A stretch of 62,445 nucleotides of DNA, filler included, from Globobulimina sp. (GCA_003354225.1; 35 parts of 35 records of this genome joined end to end with filler, not necessarily neighbours in it), one strand, 5' to 3'. Shown: positions 24,792 through 38,717, counted from the whole stretch's first letter. The notes: a model not told the origin generated them from the sequence alone. Made by a program: numbers and translations.

Positions 24792-25029
24792 AGGATGCGA
24801 TGCATGTTACATACATACCATAGGTGTACTGTAGTTGGTCGACTTGCTTGGGGGGGAGGGTAAGCCTGGCCCGATTGCCCTCTGAGGTGGCCCGATTGAC
24901 GAAAAAATCGATGGGGGGGGTAAAATGACNNNNNNNNNNNNNNNNNNNNNNNNNNNNNNNNNNNNNNNNNNNNTTAATTAATTAANNNNNNNNNNNNNNN
25001 NNNNNNNNNNNNNNNNNNNNNNNNNNNNN

Positions 25030-26155
25030 CAACATATTCTCATTGAATTGTTTTGGATATAATAATGGCTTATTATCACCGCCAAGAAATCCCTTGCCGC
25101 CATCACTTAACTTACTTAATATGGTTTTAATTTGTTGCTGAATATTTGTCAGTGTTTCGACTGCAGACTCCGGACATTCAACACTTAAAAAATTGCACGT
25201 ATCACCCAAATATTTAGAGATTAATTTCTCGGTGGCATTTAATTTCATTTTCTTGCTGATCGATGTATTTTTCTCTTGTTTAGGTTCCTGTGGCCCTAAA
25301 ATTTTACAACTTTGATATTCAGATAATAAGAAATTCAATAAATGAATCCGCGCCGTTTCTGAGCTATTAAATTCAGCCGCACCTTTTGGATATTTGTATG
25401 GAAACCCGCTTGATTTTAGAAATTGATACACGGATTTATAAAATAATGGAATTTTGCTTAAATCTGTGGGTATCACAGGAGATATCACACCATCCATCGA
25501 ACAAATCTCTACAATTAATGAGGCTACGATATCAAGAAAATATTGGTTCACTTTCTCGATGGCTCCACGTATTTTTTCAACGCTTTCTTCGCCGTATCTG
25601 AGTATTTTATTATTGGTTAATATGACCAGTCTGTGCTGTGCAAGGATATGTATATGTAAATGTAATGTAATATGATGTAACTAACCCAAGATCGTCCATT
25701 TTATCCTGAATTTCTTCAAACATAATATCTTCAAAATCTGCTCTGCGAATACTGTTTACATTGACGGATTTCGACGCTTTTCTGGGTGTTTTCTTTTGTG
25801 GTGCTTGTTTTTGGTGTGATTGCTTCGATTTTGATTTCGGTGAAGATTGTTGTTGATACGATTTTGATTTTGGTGAAGATTGTTGTTGATACGATTTTTG
25901 TTGTTGTTGATAGGATTTTTGTTGCTGATATTGTTGTTGTTGATATTGAGGTTGTCGATATTGCTGTTGTTGATTATAGCCACCTCCTCTTTGTTGGCCT
26001 TGGTTATAGCCTTGGTTGTAATCCTCCCGATTATAATCTTGAGATCTTCTGCCTCCGCCTCTTCTTGCACCTCTTCCTCTGCCTCCTCTGCCACCGTATT
26101 GCTGCCTATCTTGATAATTATCATCATAATAGCTGTCATAATATCGGTTACTCAT
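25030..26155 (-). CDS. FAM98: FAM98-family protein with N-terminal RGG/Gln-rich region, 3' partial; intron 25598-25685
   Basis: MDDLGY, FLKSSGFPY, RIHLLNFLLSEYQ, LGDTCNFL, IKTILSKL, KPLL collinear with FAM98. Confidence 0.65.
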
Positions 26156-26328
26156 TGTGAACTTTGACAAAAATGCAAAATGCGAAAAAAAAATAGTGTG
26201 CCAGTAAAATATAGTTAATTGTCAAATAAAGTCCCAAATCCCAATAAACCATTGTGTTATTTGTGTATTATTAAATAAGGAAAAAAACATCAAAAAAAAA
26301 CAAAAATAAAAATTATCAAAAGAAAGAG

Positions 26329-26716
26329 TCAGTTATTCACAGTTCGTTTCGCAATACCAATTTGACAGTCATTCACTTTTGCAGCAAATCGCAAACTACA
26401 CAAAGATTCATCAATTCTATCTTTCTCCGGACACACATTCACAAACATTAATGTTTTTGCATCCCCACCAAAATAATTCATCAACAAATACGTTAATTTA
26501 CTATTTCGATACGGAACATGCGACCTATTTTTCCTCGACGATAACGCAGCAATAACATCGCCTAAACAAGACAATGATTTATTAATATTTTGGGTTTCCT
26601 TCAACTGTATACCGGTCGAGTTTGATTTTTTTAGTCTTTCCGAGCCAGCCAAGTCAATCAAATTCAATACGCCAAATGTCGATTGTTTGGTAATTTCATT
26701 ATATCCATTTAAAAAC
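26329..26716 (-). CDS. C-terminal-motor kinesin (kinesin-14-like), 3' end
   Basis: [48 protein letters not shown] followed closely by the stop. Confidence 0.92.
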
Positions 26717-27193
26717 NNNNNNNNNNNNNNNNNNNNNNNNNNNNNNNNNNNNNNNNNNNNTTAATTAATTAANNNNNNNNNNNNNNNNNNNNNNNNNNNN
26801 NNNNNNNNNNNNNNNNACAGTTTTTTACAGATTATTCAAAATAAAAACATTGAAAGTCAAAATTGAATTGTTAAAGGTTGTGTTTCATCGGGAACCATTA
26901 ACATTTTATTATTAACCTATTTTCCTTCCCATTTTGTTTGTTTGGTTCATTATATTAATCTGAACATCTGATTGGTTGCTGGTTGCTGGTTGCTGGTAGT
27001 TGACTCTCCATCACGTTCTCATTGATGTTTCTTTTATTATGACTCGGTTCATTTGATTGTGACGGTGTTACTGAGTGTTGACACTCCATCACGTTCCCAT
27101 TGTTTAACTCTAAAATCTACACAAAACGATTTTCCAGAACCACACAACATGGCAAGCACCACTAAAACAAGAATAAAAATCAACTATTGACAT

Positions 27194-28503
27194 ATGAATG
27201 TTCTGAAATTAAAAAAACAAACAGCAAAACAATTGTTTAACAACAAACACTTTATTGAATGTAAACAATTATTATTGGAGGTTATTGCCGAAGGCGATGG
27301 CCATTATAAATCACTTATGCATTTAGGCGATGTTTGTACGGAATTAAAAGAATACGAAAATGCTCAAAAATATTATCAAGAATCAATCAGTGAAAATCCA
27401 ACATATCCTTTGGTTTATTGTCGATTCGGCATTTTACTGAGCGAGTATTTGAATGAAAACAATTTTGCAGAAAGAATGTTTGAAAAATCCGTCAAATTAG
27501 ATCCAAAAAATAGTGATTTATGTTGTTTTAATTTTGGAAAATTAATGTATAAATTAAGTAATTTTAAGAAAGCAAAAAAATGCTTTTCCAAATGCACCAA
27601 AGAAAGGGCGTGTGTTCATTACCATTTTGCCAAAGTATTATTGTCGAATTCTGATCAGAATTCAATACAAACTGCAAAATTAAAATTAGAAAAAGCAACG
27701 AGAATAAAACCAAACAATGCAACCTATCATCATGAATATGCATTATGTTTACAAAGATTAAAAGAATATAATTCAGCAAACGCACAATTTTTAATAGCAT
27801 TACAATTATCAAATCAAGAAAATATTCAAATACTGTATGATTATGCTGCCTTTTTATCAGTGCATTTTAATAATAACCAACAAGCAATAAAATATTTAAA
27901 AATTGCAGCAGATTTGGACAAAAACGATGATTTCCCTCTGGTTAAAAGTCTATGTTTAGAATTACAATCGAAATGTGAATCTATTACAAAAAAAGTAGAG
28001 ATTGAATATGATGAATGCATTAAATTAATAATTTATACTTTTAATGAAACCCTAACATATTGGAACATGAATGCAATTTTAATGAATGAGTTACAATCGA
28101 TGACCACATTGGATCTAATTGTAAATATATTTGGTGGAACTGACAGAATTAACAGATTACAAATGCATTTCCAACGAATATTATCTTCGCAAAATAACAT
28201 CAAATTAGCCATAATATTACTGAATAATAACAATAATAATTCTGAAATTGTTATTTATGTTTTGAAAAAAGTAAATCTTTATAAATATTTTGCAGATGCG
28301 GACATTATTGGAAGTGACAACAAATCATTCACTTTGCAACAACATATCCAATCATTATCAAACAAATATAAATTAAATATTGCAAAAGAAATATTATTCA
28401 TACAGTCTGTTGCTGAAAATATTAAATTAACAAAGAATAAATGCAAAACATACCACATCATTTCAACACAAGTTTTGAATGGTTTGTCATTACAACACAT
28501 GGA
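27194..28503 (+). CDS. TPR-repeat protein, 3' partial
   Basis: Repeated TPR consensus (LG..C..L.EY..A..YY..SI..NP; A...FEKSVKLDP). Confidence 0.85.
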
Positions 28504-28603
28504 NNNNNNNNNNNNNNNNNNNNNNNNNNNNNNNNNNNNNNNNNNNNTTAATTAATTAANNNNNNNNNNNNNNNNNNNNNNNNNNNNNNNNNNNNNNNNN
28601 NNN

Positions 28604-30290
28604 CATCACTGTTGATGATAATGTATTGACAGACTCCAAACAAAAAGCAGAAGCCATCCAGTCACATTTTGATTCTCTTTATTCTACCACTTCAGTTCAA
28701 TACCCTCATTTTGATAGTGAACCTCTACCACCTCAACATATGTGTTCATTTGCTTTTGTTGAAAAACAATTACAACAGTTGAAAGTTAGAAAATCTATAG
28801 GACCAGACCGAATACCTTCAATTTTTCTAAAATCTTGTTGTACTGTGCTTGCCGCCCCACTTGCTGCACTTTTCAATCGATCATTAACTGAAGGCATTGT
28901 ACCTACTGATTGGAAATTAGCTAATGTTATCCCAGTGCCTAAATGTCGCCCTCCAAAACAGCCTAAAGACTTCCGTCCTATTGCACTACTCAGTGTTATT
29001 TCCAAAGTGATGGAACGTTTTGTTAAAATGATTTTGCTGCAATATTTGGGTGATATTTCAAACCAACAGTATGGTTTTCGGAGTGCTCGGTCAACTGCCG
29101 ACTGTTTAGCAAATTTTGTACACAAAGTTGCCTCTGACCTGGATGAACATAAAAAAGTGGCTGGTATATTCTTGGATGTCAGGGCAGCATTCGATTCTGT
29201 ACCACATGATATTTTGATTATGAATCTCAAAAATGATTATGATTTTCCAAATTATATCTTAAATTGGCTAGCATCATATTTGCAAAATCGTAAGTATTGT
29301 GTCTGTGTAGATGGGGAAAAATCTGGAATTAAGACTGCTAGGAGTGGTGTTCCTCAAGGTAGTGTATTAGGACCTATACTCTTTATAGCTTATGTAGATC
29401 GTATAGCCAGAATTTCCTTAAGCTATGGGAGCCATGTGTATATGTATGCTGATGATGCTGCTATTGTTAAACCTGTTGGAACTCCTCAGGCTGAAACAGA
29501 GCTTCAGGAGGATATCAATAAAGTCTTGGAAGTTTCTGCTTCCCTTTCTCTCAAACTAAATTCTACAAAAACAAAATATATAATTTTTGGTTATCACCCT
29601 CAACCCCCATCCTTCAATAATGATATCTTCCTGGGTACTGAACAGCTTGAAAGAGTAGAAAGTTATAAATATCTAGGTGTTATTGTTGACCGTCGTCTGT
29701 TGTTTGCACAACATGTTGAAATGGCTGTTTCTAGGGCTAAAAAGGCCGTTGGAGTTACAAACTGGCTATTTCGGCATGCTGCGCCTGTATGTGTTCTTGA
29801 AAGAGTGTATCATGGGTGTGTACTACCACAACTGACATACGGAATGGAAATATGGTACCCAAAGGCAGTCAACTATAGAGATAGAATCGATCGGATTAAT
29901 AAGTACCATAGTCAATTGTATTGCAATAACTTTACCATGCCTTACTCTGATTTATTGGAACAATACAATAAACAAACAGGAAAAAGTCATACCCCGATTT
30001 GGATGATTGCTGCCAAGATGAAGCTAAAACTATTTTATAAATTCTATCATGGACTGAGATATTCGCCGAATGAGAACATCCCCAAAGAAAGCAATAAACG
30101 CCGAACATCACATAGCTGTCACGTTGAGTTGAACGCAAGTATGGTCACCACGGGCGCTACCTTTTTCTACTCGGTTGCAAGAATATGGAATGAGCTCCCA
30201 CCTAATGTGCCAACTCTCCCTTTTGCTAGTTTTGAACGTTTTCTAGAAACTGATAATTTTAAGAATATTGTTAGTCGACTTGGTTTTAAT
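28604..30290 (+). mobile_element. Non-LTR retrotransposon (LINE) reverse transcriptase, partial
   Basis: KSIGPDRIP, WKLANVIPVPK, FRPIALL, QYGFR, FLDVRAAFDSV, GVPQGSVLGP, YADD, YKYLGV. Confidence 0.95.
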
Positions 30291-30452
30291 NNNNNNNNNN
30301 NNNNNNNNNNNNNNNNNNNNNNNNNNNNNNNNNNTTAATTAATTAANNNNNNNNNNNNNNNNNNNNNNNNNNNNNNNNNNNNNNNNNNNNCCATTGCAGA
30401 TATCGTTAGTATCAGCAGAGATCGCAGTATCGCTAAAGCACGAAAAAAGGTT

Positions 30453-31673
30453 ATGAAGACAAAGGGTTTAAGTAAATCAGAGTTCAATCAACAACTCAAA
30501 GAAATTAATACACAATTAGATTTATGGAGAGGGACCACAGCATTAGAAAAAGATTATACGTTTTTAGATATCAATTATAACTATATTATGAAATTTGGTG
30601 TATGTAGAAATGAGGCCGATTCGTTATTAGAATTAAGATTGAAATTTAGTGACTTATTCATGGATATTGCCTTGGAATTTAAAAAAGTAATATCAAAAAC
30701 AGCGATTACATTGAATTATGACACAATATCACAATTAATACATATCAGGGTATTACAAAAAATTGCCGCCGTACACTTTATGGCAATCGAAGCAGGATTA
30801 AATAAACAGATTCCTCTCTTTGCCCCACCGCCTTATATAGATAATTTCGCAGCAAATACAAATATTTCAGGTGCAATGGCAAGCAATTTGGCCATGAGTC
30901 AGAATGCATTAAGTAACTTAGGTTTAAATGGCAACGCAAATGGAGGGAATTTTAGTGCGTTTCAGAGCAATATTATGGCGCCTTCGCTTCCGGCAAATAT
31001 GCCATCAAATTTACCTGCAAATATACCTGCAAATTTGCCTGCAAATTTACCCGCAAATTTAGCGGCAAATCAAAGGATGAATGATTCGAATCCTTTATCA
31101 AATACTGAATCGAGGAAATTATTGGCATTATTGGAGGATATGAAGAAATTAAATGTGACATCAGCGAAAAACTTGTCATCGATGCAGAAATTGCAGCATT
31201 TTGCGAATTCATTTGGTTTGGGCGGTGTGAATTCTTTTGATTACATCCCAACGGATGAAGATAGAGAAAAAGTAAAACAATTATTTGGGCCTAAACGTTC
31301 GCAGCAAATGATTGATGAAACGCTGTCGCGGAATTTAAATGCGTTACAAGATATAATTAAGAATGGTCAGCCAGTAAATTGGCCCATGGCGGTGGCCACA
31401 ATTGCAGCAAGTATGTTTATTATGTTTTTTCTCTTTCTGGCTTTTGGCACTTTTATGCGTTCCAATGTTTTGGCTGAAACATTGGGAATTTTATGTGTAC
31501 CGTATTGTGTATGGTCACACACTGTAAATCTTAATTTTTGCACAACCGAAATGCTCCGTTCTTCAAAGTTAAAATTCCTTTTATGGTTTTCGCATATTAA
31601 GGAACGAAGAACCGTATTGTTGTGTTGTTATCTGTTCATTGTAGTGGGCTTAAATAATTTCTATAGTTTTTAA
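30453..31673 (+). CDS. Hypothetical protein with PANL tetrapeptide repeats and C-terminal TM segments
   Basis: Long ORF with an LPAN repeat near 30985-31070; both ends uncertain. Confidence 0.55.
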   Translation: MKTKGLSKSEFNQQLKEINTQLDLWRGTTALEKDYTFLDINYNYIMKFGVCRNEADSLLELRLKFSDLFMDIALEFKKVISKTAITLNYDTISQLIHIRVLQKIAAVHFMAIEAGLNKQIPLFAPPPYIDNFAANTNISGAMASNLAMSQNALSNLGLNGNANGGNFSAFQSNIMAPSLPANMPSNLPANIPANLPANLPANLAANQRMNDSNPLSNTESRKLLALLEDMKKLNVTSAKNLSSMQKLQHFANSFGLGGVNSFDYIPTDEDREKVKQLFGPKRSQQMIDETLSRNLNALQDIIKNGQPVNWPMAVATIAASMFIMFFLFLAFGTFMRSNVLAETLGILCVPYCVWSHTVNLNFCTTEMLRSSKLKFLLWFSHIKERRTVLLCCYLFIVVGLNNFYSF

Positions 31674-32177
31674 TATCGCTCTCATGATATTAGTCTGGCA
31701 TACTTTTGTTATATTATTGTTGTACTAAGTGGCTCGTTTAAAGTATGTCGGGCGGATAACACACAAAGTAACATTGCATATTTTTAAATAGATCAATTAA
31801 TGCAGCATCGCAGTGCGAAATCGGATGGGATCTTAATTGAAAAGAAAGCTGTCATTGAAATGGCGCTAAAAGAGTTTCTACATTGGCTCTTGGATGGATT
31901 TGGCAATTTATTTTATATTATTAAGTTTTTATTTATTTCTCATTGGAAAGTCTATATTATTTATGGCACGACAATCAATTTAGCATTAAAAGCATTTATC
32001 AAAAAGAAGTCGAATTTTATGATATTATGGAATACGGTGACTGAGAGGGTATTGGATGTATTATTAAAATGTTCAGANNNNNNNNNNNNNNNNNNNNNNN
32101 NNNNNNNNNNNNNNNNNNNNNTTAATTAATTAANNNNNNNNNNNNNNNNNNNNNNNNNNNNNNNNNNNNNNNNNNNN

Positions 32178-33864
32178 TAACATGGCCCGAACCACGTCGG
32201 AACACAGCAGCAATGCGTCCCCATTCGGCTAACTAAGTCGCACCAAAAGCACTCCCAATGTAGGCGGTGGCGGCGGTGATATGGACTCACCGCAGAGATC
32301 GTATGGCAGCCAAACCAGTTTGCGGTTATCGCGCGTCCCCGATGACGGTGAATCGCATGAAATCACACAAATGATAATGTATATCGTACGCAAAGATATC
32401 CCGCCCCGCATGGTTCGCAATGCATTGTCAGAGCGACGGTTGCGCGCAAAACAACGAATTATGGGCTTTAGATTATTTAAATCCTTATTTGACAACACCT
32501 CCTCACACGAATTACATCAAGATTTTGCGTGGTTGTTAGCCTCCGCCATTCGGGAATGTGTATTCAAACGCATTGACGATCCCAAATTAGGGCCCACGGA
32601 AACGAAAAGCAAGCGACTGGCAAAGGAGAAGGATGCCGCTGTTGTCGAGGAGAAGAAAGGCGATGATGAGGACATCGATTATGAAGAATGGCTGCAAGAC
32701 GAAGAAGAGGACAGTGATTTGGAGGAAGAAGAGATTGAAGCTCGCCAAGAACAGCGGAGAAAGCGCATTGAAGCTCGAAAAAAACGGCGCGAAAAAGATA
32801 AAGCCAAAGCGAAGCGGCTTGAAGCACAGAAAAAATCGGAGCTGGAACCCAACATTCGGTGGAAACGCGACATTTGGGAGGACCATTTGGGCAAAAATGT
32901 ATTCGATGGCGAATCTATCATACATTATTTACGTGGCATTGAAGGTTCTGGCCCGAAATTGAGCAATTTGACGCAGAGAGCGTTTCAGAAATTATATACA
33001 AAGTTGACTGCGATTTTCCGTGCGGACAGCAATAAGGAATTAAATATGGGCGCTTTGGGCTTCTTAGAATCGTGGAGTATCCATTTTGATGTGGGAGACC
33101 ATGCGTTTTTGCACGACTCGCAAATCTTCCCTGTGATCCGATCGTTGATGAGTCGGAGCAGTCAGAACCACGACGAGAGCAAAGTGCAGGATGAATATAA
33201 AAATATTGCCGTATATTCGCCGACAAACTTGACAAAGAAAGCACAGATTAAAGTATCCACTGCGCAACATCGGGTTGAATATATGGTGGACGAATCGACG
33301 GAAACCTTTTGGCAAAGCGCAGTGAATGCGGACAATGATCAATTTAATTATAACCGGGTTCATGGCATACATTGGATCCAGTTAACATTCGCCAAAGCTG
33401 TGGCGATTAAGGAAATTGTGTGGAGCTTAGATAGTGACCGCGATCGCGAATATATACCCAAAGCATTCCAGATCTATATTGGCGAGAATGAGGCTGCCAA
33501 TGAGTTGGTGCATACTGCCAATGTGGAGAGTGGCTTTACGGGCTGGTTTAGTATAAAAATGATAGAGTGCAAGTCGGGGAAGAATGCGTTGTATAAAGCG
33601 GATGCGAATAGCTGTATCACTGCGAAGTTCATTTGGTTTAAGGTGCCGAGTATAATGGATGGCCAGTACGAGATGCGGGTGCGGCAATTAATTGTGTATG
33701 GCAGTGACGTGAAGCAAGCGGTCGTACCGGATTCGTACAGCAAAAAGTTGCAAAGAGTACAGGATGGCGCATTGGATTTATTTCGCAGATTGGTGTCGCG
33801 GACTTTTCTGCCCACTGCGATTAAGGCGGCAGCCAAAGCAGAAAAGCAAGCGCAAGAAGCAGGT
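32178..33864 (+). CDS. Internal fragment of a large DOC/APC10-domain protein (probable E3 ligase)
   Basis: VST...MVDESTETFWQS, HWIQLTF, DREYIPK, FTGW, RVRQLIVYG. Confidence 0.75.
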
Positions 33865-33964
33865 NNNNNNNNNNNNNNNNNNNNNNNNNNNNNNNNNNNN
33901 NNNNNNNNTTAATTAATTAANNNNNNNNNNNNNNNNNNNNNNNNNNNNNNNNNNNNNNNNNNNN

Positions 33965-35651
33965 TGGGAATCATTGGTACTTTGGTCATTGCTCTCAAAC
34001 AAGCGCAATATACCCAATTTGAATAAAGATCCCCTAGAAATCAAACAATATCTCACCGACATTGGATTCATCAAATTTTGCCCACCATCCATATTTACAA
34101 AATATTTCTCATGGAATTTTATCAACAAATTGGACGCAAAATTAACGAGTGCATCATATAGCGACCATTCTCAATTAAATTTTATAGTTACACGCAGTTT
34201 ACAGATATTTGATTTTTTACATTGGAGATTGTTAAACAACGCCACCACTGAACACATTCAGGGCGCGAAGGCTATGCGCAAACATGCTCAAAAATATAAA
34301 TCACAATTACAGATTGATGCGGATCACGTGATATCGGTGGAAGCTTTGAAAACATTACGATATTTAAGGATTGATTATTTATATTTATCCTTATATGATA
34401 TTGCATTGCATGACATTGGTTCCGTACCTTTGTCATATACGATATTATCAGCATGGATCGATCATGGTTTCCATTTGTTTATTGCTGCGAATCCAGGTCA
34501 TTTAAACATAAATATTGCCACAAATCCCTTGCATGAAATGTATTGCAATGCATTTTATCATATTGTTAGCGACAAACCGCGTTTTGTTGATATTAAACAA
34601 GAATATGGTAAGAAAATACCAACAGCAAATTTAAATAATACGAATTCGACATTTGTGTTTAATATGTTATTTTATCATATTTTGGAACATTTTGGAGTGG
34701 GGAATGCAACCTCAATGATAAAGAAAGTATTGCTGCGATGTATTATATTTGATAGGAATAAATATAGGAACAGTGATGGTTATGTTAAAGATTTAGGGAA
34801 AGAATTGAGTGTGTTTGAGGATAAAAAATTTGCCAAAGCATTTAGTGACATTTTTAATGTCTATGGCAAAAATTGGAAGCACTCCATCAAGGATCGGTTA
34901 TATAGCATTATCATTCGATATTTTGTCTCTGTCGGAGAGATTGACGCCGCTCAATATGTCTATAATATGGCTAGAAAATATAATTATTTTGGTGTTTTGG
35001 ACAAAGCATATAATTTAATAAAAATATGTGAAGCTTTAAATACATTCATTGAAAACGGTTTATTTCTGGCAAATAATGCGGCCGATGATAATATCGCATA
35101 TATGTATCATAGTGATCCATTAAGTGGTTATAGTGATACATATGAATATTTTACGATGCGCGTTCAACAATGTATTGACTTATTAGCTAAAATGATGATA
35201 GACAGAGACCAGATGTTATTGTCCATGGCAGCTCAGGATTTGCCGACCAATACAAAACAAAATAAAGCACATAAATTAACAGATTCTGAGCGAATAAAAT
35301 TAGAGAAATTAACAGCAAATTATGGCTTGGATATTACAACAATTACTCATCGAATATTATACTCTTTAAATCAAATACAAATCGCAATAAAACAATATGA
35401 GATTGCAACAAATAATAAGAATAAACTTAGATTTAATTATTGTGATAAATTATTAAACTCTTTGGTGTTTATTGAGAAAGTCCAGCATAAATATCCATTA
35501 TCCAATGATTGGTCATATTTAAAATTAAGTGAACAGAAACAAATGTTTTTAGATATTGCGAATGGAATAAGGAGTGGTGTGTTAATATCAATAATAGACA
35601 CTATATTACTAGATAAATTTGAAACACTTGAATTTAAACTCGCTATATCAC
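33965..35651 (+). CDS. Hypothetical helical protein, partial
   Basis: Contig-long open frame in AT-rich DNA; no family recognised. Confidence 0.6.
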
Positions 35652-35779
35652 NNNNNNNNNNNNNNNNNNNNNNNNNNNNNNNNNNNNNNNNNNNNTTAAT
35701 TAATTAANNNNNNNNNNNNNNNNNNNNNNNNNNNNNNNNNNNNNNNNNNNNGCCTGCAGTTTGGCAGATAACAGTTATC

Positions 35780-37438
35780 TTAAAGAGGGTAGTCGATATC
35801 GACTGATTTTTTGTTGTTATCTGTGGTTTGCGTTTTAGTGCTCAATGATATATTGCATCTTTGTAGTTTAACTGTGATTTGTTTTGGTAAAAATAAAATA
35901 TCAAAATCATAATAATTGATTGGTGCAAATTGTAATAGGTTAATATTACTATCGTTTGGCGATAAATAATCTGTTAAACAGAAATACTGATAACAATCAT
36001 GACAATTATATTCATTACAAACACAACTATCATTTGCTGTATTTAATATGACTGACGCATTGATAGTAGTGCCTGCTGCGTCATTCTCGTAATAAAACCC
36101 AATATGATATATACCTGCGTCATTCTGCTGATTTATATCATTTGTAAAATCATTTAAATAATATTGAATTGTGAAGCCATCAGACGGCCATATATATTCT
36201 GACGAAATTGTGTCAGTAAAGTTTATCGATATCAAATCTGTTATCGATGAATACAATGTCATGCCATAACTATGGGAGTCTATTAACTGTTCAGCGGAGC
36301 CAAATAAGACATGACGCACAAGCAACAATAATACATTATCATCAAAAATAAGCATTCTGCCTGTTCTATAATGTGAAGTTTTTGCGGGATAATCAATATC
36401 AACAGTTTCCACCTCAAACTGTTCAGTGTCTGGATCAAATATTACAGTCTTCCACGATGCAGCATAGCAGCCATGCAAATATATTTTATCATTTCTTGCG
36501 GTTACAGCATTTGCAGAATTAACACTGCATAAACATGCGATGTCCAAATACGTAAATTCTTGAGTAATTGTGTCGTATTTAATAACTCCATCGACCCATC
36601 CGGCATAAATCAGCAAGCCGAATATATAAATATTGTCATGATTATTTGTAATGGCACAGGTATATGGCATGATAGTTATATAGACATCCAAGTGTGTGGT
36701 AATCCATTCTGTTGTATGCACATCAAATGTTAACATAATACTTTCTCGGATAACATAGACTTTCCGTCCCGTAGCAACCATACAATCTCCATCTGACGGC
36801 GCGTTTGTATCTGGCACTGTGTATGATTCAATGTGTATGGTATCTAAATTAATTCGAATTAATCGATATGAGTTAGAGTCTGCAGAGCGGAGTACAAATA
36901 AATACAATGATGATCTGTACTGAGTAAATACCACTCTTTCTATATATTGTGTATGGTTAAATTGCTCAAAGGATTTATGTTTCCATGCATATTGATACGC
37001 AGATAAATTAATATTTGCGTAATGTATTCCATATGCTCCAATTATATACATCTTGGAGTCCCAATAAGCAATAACTGGCTTGAAATCAAAATATTTGTAT
37101 TGCGTGTGTTCAGTTAGAATGGAGTCATTACAACATTCCATATTATGCCAACATTTGCTCATCTCACTACAATTTGTTGTGACATAATTACCATCAATAG
37201 GCGCTGTACAAAATATGTGTTTAAAATAACAATCCAGTCATTCCAGTGTCAAATACGTGTACTGTCAATGCAACATACCATTACAAAGCCAGCCTATATT
37301 CCCCATCCAGAAGTCATATGCATCGTAGATATATGAGGTGGTATTGGTGGCATTACCAACCATAGGAATGAATAAATATCCTGCCACGAATGAAAATCTC
37401 TCAGGAAGCTGCCCTTGATTCAATATAATCGATGGCTG
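35780..37438 (-). CDS. Kelch-like beta-propeller, probably extracellular, partial; intron 37204-37278
   Basis: KMYIIGA, NIYIFG, KIYLHG blades; gtatgt...tacag extends the ORF upstream in frame. Confidence 0.6.
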
Positions 37439-37538
37439 NNNNNNNNNNNNNNNNNNNNNNNNNNNNNNNNNNNNNNNNNNNNTTAATTAATTAANNNNNN
37501 NNNNNNNNNNNNNNNNNNNNNNNNNNNNNNNNNNNNNN

Positions 37539-37805
37539 GTCGCTGTGCCTGTAATCTCTGAGAATGTGTGCTGGGAATTTAATAATATTGGTGGCTGTTC
37601 GCGCGGTGAAGAGTGTCAATGGAAGCATGTATACGTAGGCCCTCCGGTGGCAGTGTCGCAAAAAAGGCGAGGAGTGGGCGGTGAATATAATTATGGCAAG
37701 TTTGGTACGAGTGGTCGATATAACATATGTTGGGAGTTTAATACCATTGGCGGTTGTCCGCGAGGTATAAATTGCCAATGGCATCATCAATATTTAGTAC
37801 AGTAA
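37539..37805 (+). CDS. Tandem CCCH zinc finger protein, 3' end
   Basis: CWEFNNIGGCSRGEECQWKH and CWEFNTIGGCPRGINCQWHH. Confidence 0.85.
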   Translation, partial: VAVPVISENVCWEFNNIGGCSRGEECQWKHVYVGPPVAVSQKRRGVGGEYNYGKFGTSGRYNICWEFNTIGGCPRGINCQWHHQYLVQ

Positions 37806-38017
37806 CTTCTAATTACTTATTAAAGCTCTATCAGTATTATTATTTTTTTATAAAATTGGTCGTGTGTACAGATTACTTGTCTTGTAATTGTATTATTGTA
37901 ATGATTGTTAATTTAGTATTAAGTTATACGTACTTTTTCAAGTTGAATCCTTGCACTACAGTGAGGTTAGCCGACTTCAAAAAAGAAATGTAAGGTTCTT
38001 GCATGCTTTAGCCGGTT

Positions 38018-38717
38018 TTAAGCGGATTTGCTCATTTTATATTTCTGATATTGATGACATGCATTAGCAAATAGTATTTGCGCAGTCCAATACGATGCCA
38101 TATTCAGTAATCTGCTCGTTTTATAGTTTATAATTCTAAATATATTCCATTCGTTTAGTATTTTTACAATATCAGATATGAAAAATAATATCGTCCCAAT
38201 AATATACAATTTATTATGAAATAATATAGATTTTCTTTTCTTGTTAATCATATTGATTGACATAAACACACTCGTTGATAATACTAATGAATACGATACT
38301 ATTATCCCAAACAATTGCGGTGGACAATATGGCATAATAACATACATTACAACTGATGTAAATGCGTAAACTATCAATCCTCGATACACAAACCCTTTAA
38401 AACGAATAGCAAATTGTGTCATCATTAAAATATGTTGAATTAAAAAACATACAGCACCAATTTTGAACAGCATTGTTTGATTAATGAGCAGTTCTTTACC
38501 TTTACGATATATCACCAAATGAGGCAAATATAAATGATACGGCAAGTATGTAGTCATTGGCTACCATCGATAATATTGAACACATCAATACTGGCATCGC
38601 TTTGAATAACGCAATTTGCAATGCATAAACATCAAATGCAAATATCTCAAAAGACACATTCAATAAATAAACCAAACAAAAACCCAGTACAATGAAATTG
38701 AAACTTGACACCTTCAT
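38018..38717 (-). pseudogene. YhhN/TMEM86 lysoplasmalogenase-like gene, frameshifted near 38502
   Basis: FKAMPV, FASFGDI in one frame; GAVCFLIQH, GTILFFISD, SYWTAQ in the next. Confidence 0.7.

Noticed and set aside
38502-38513. GTAAAGGTAAAG as an ultra-short GT-AG intron
   Set aside because: Removing 6 or 12 nt does not restore the YhhN reading frame.
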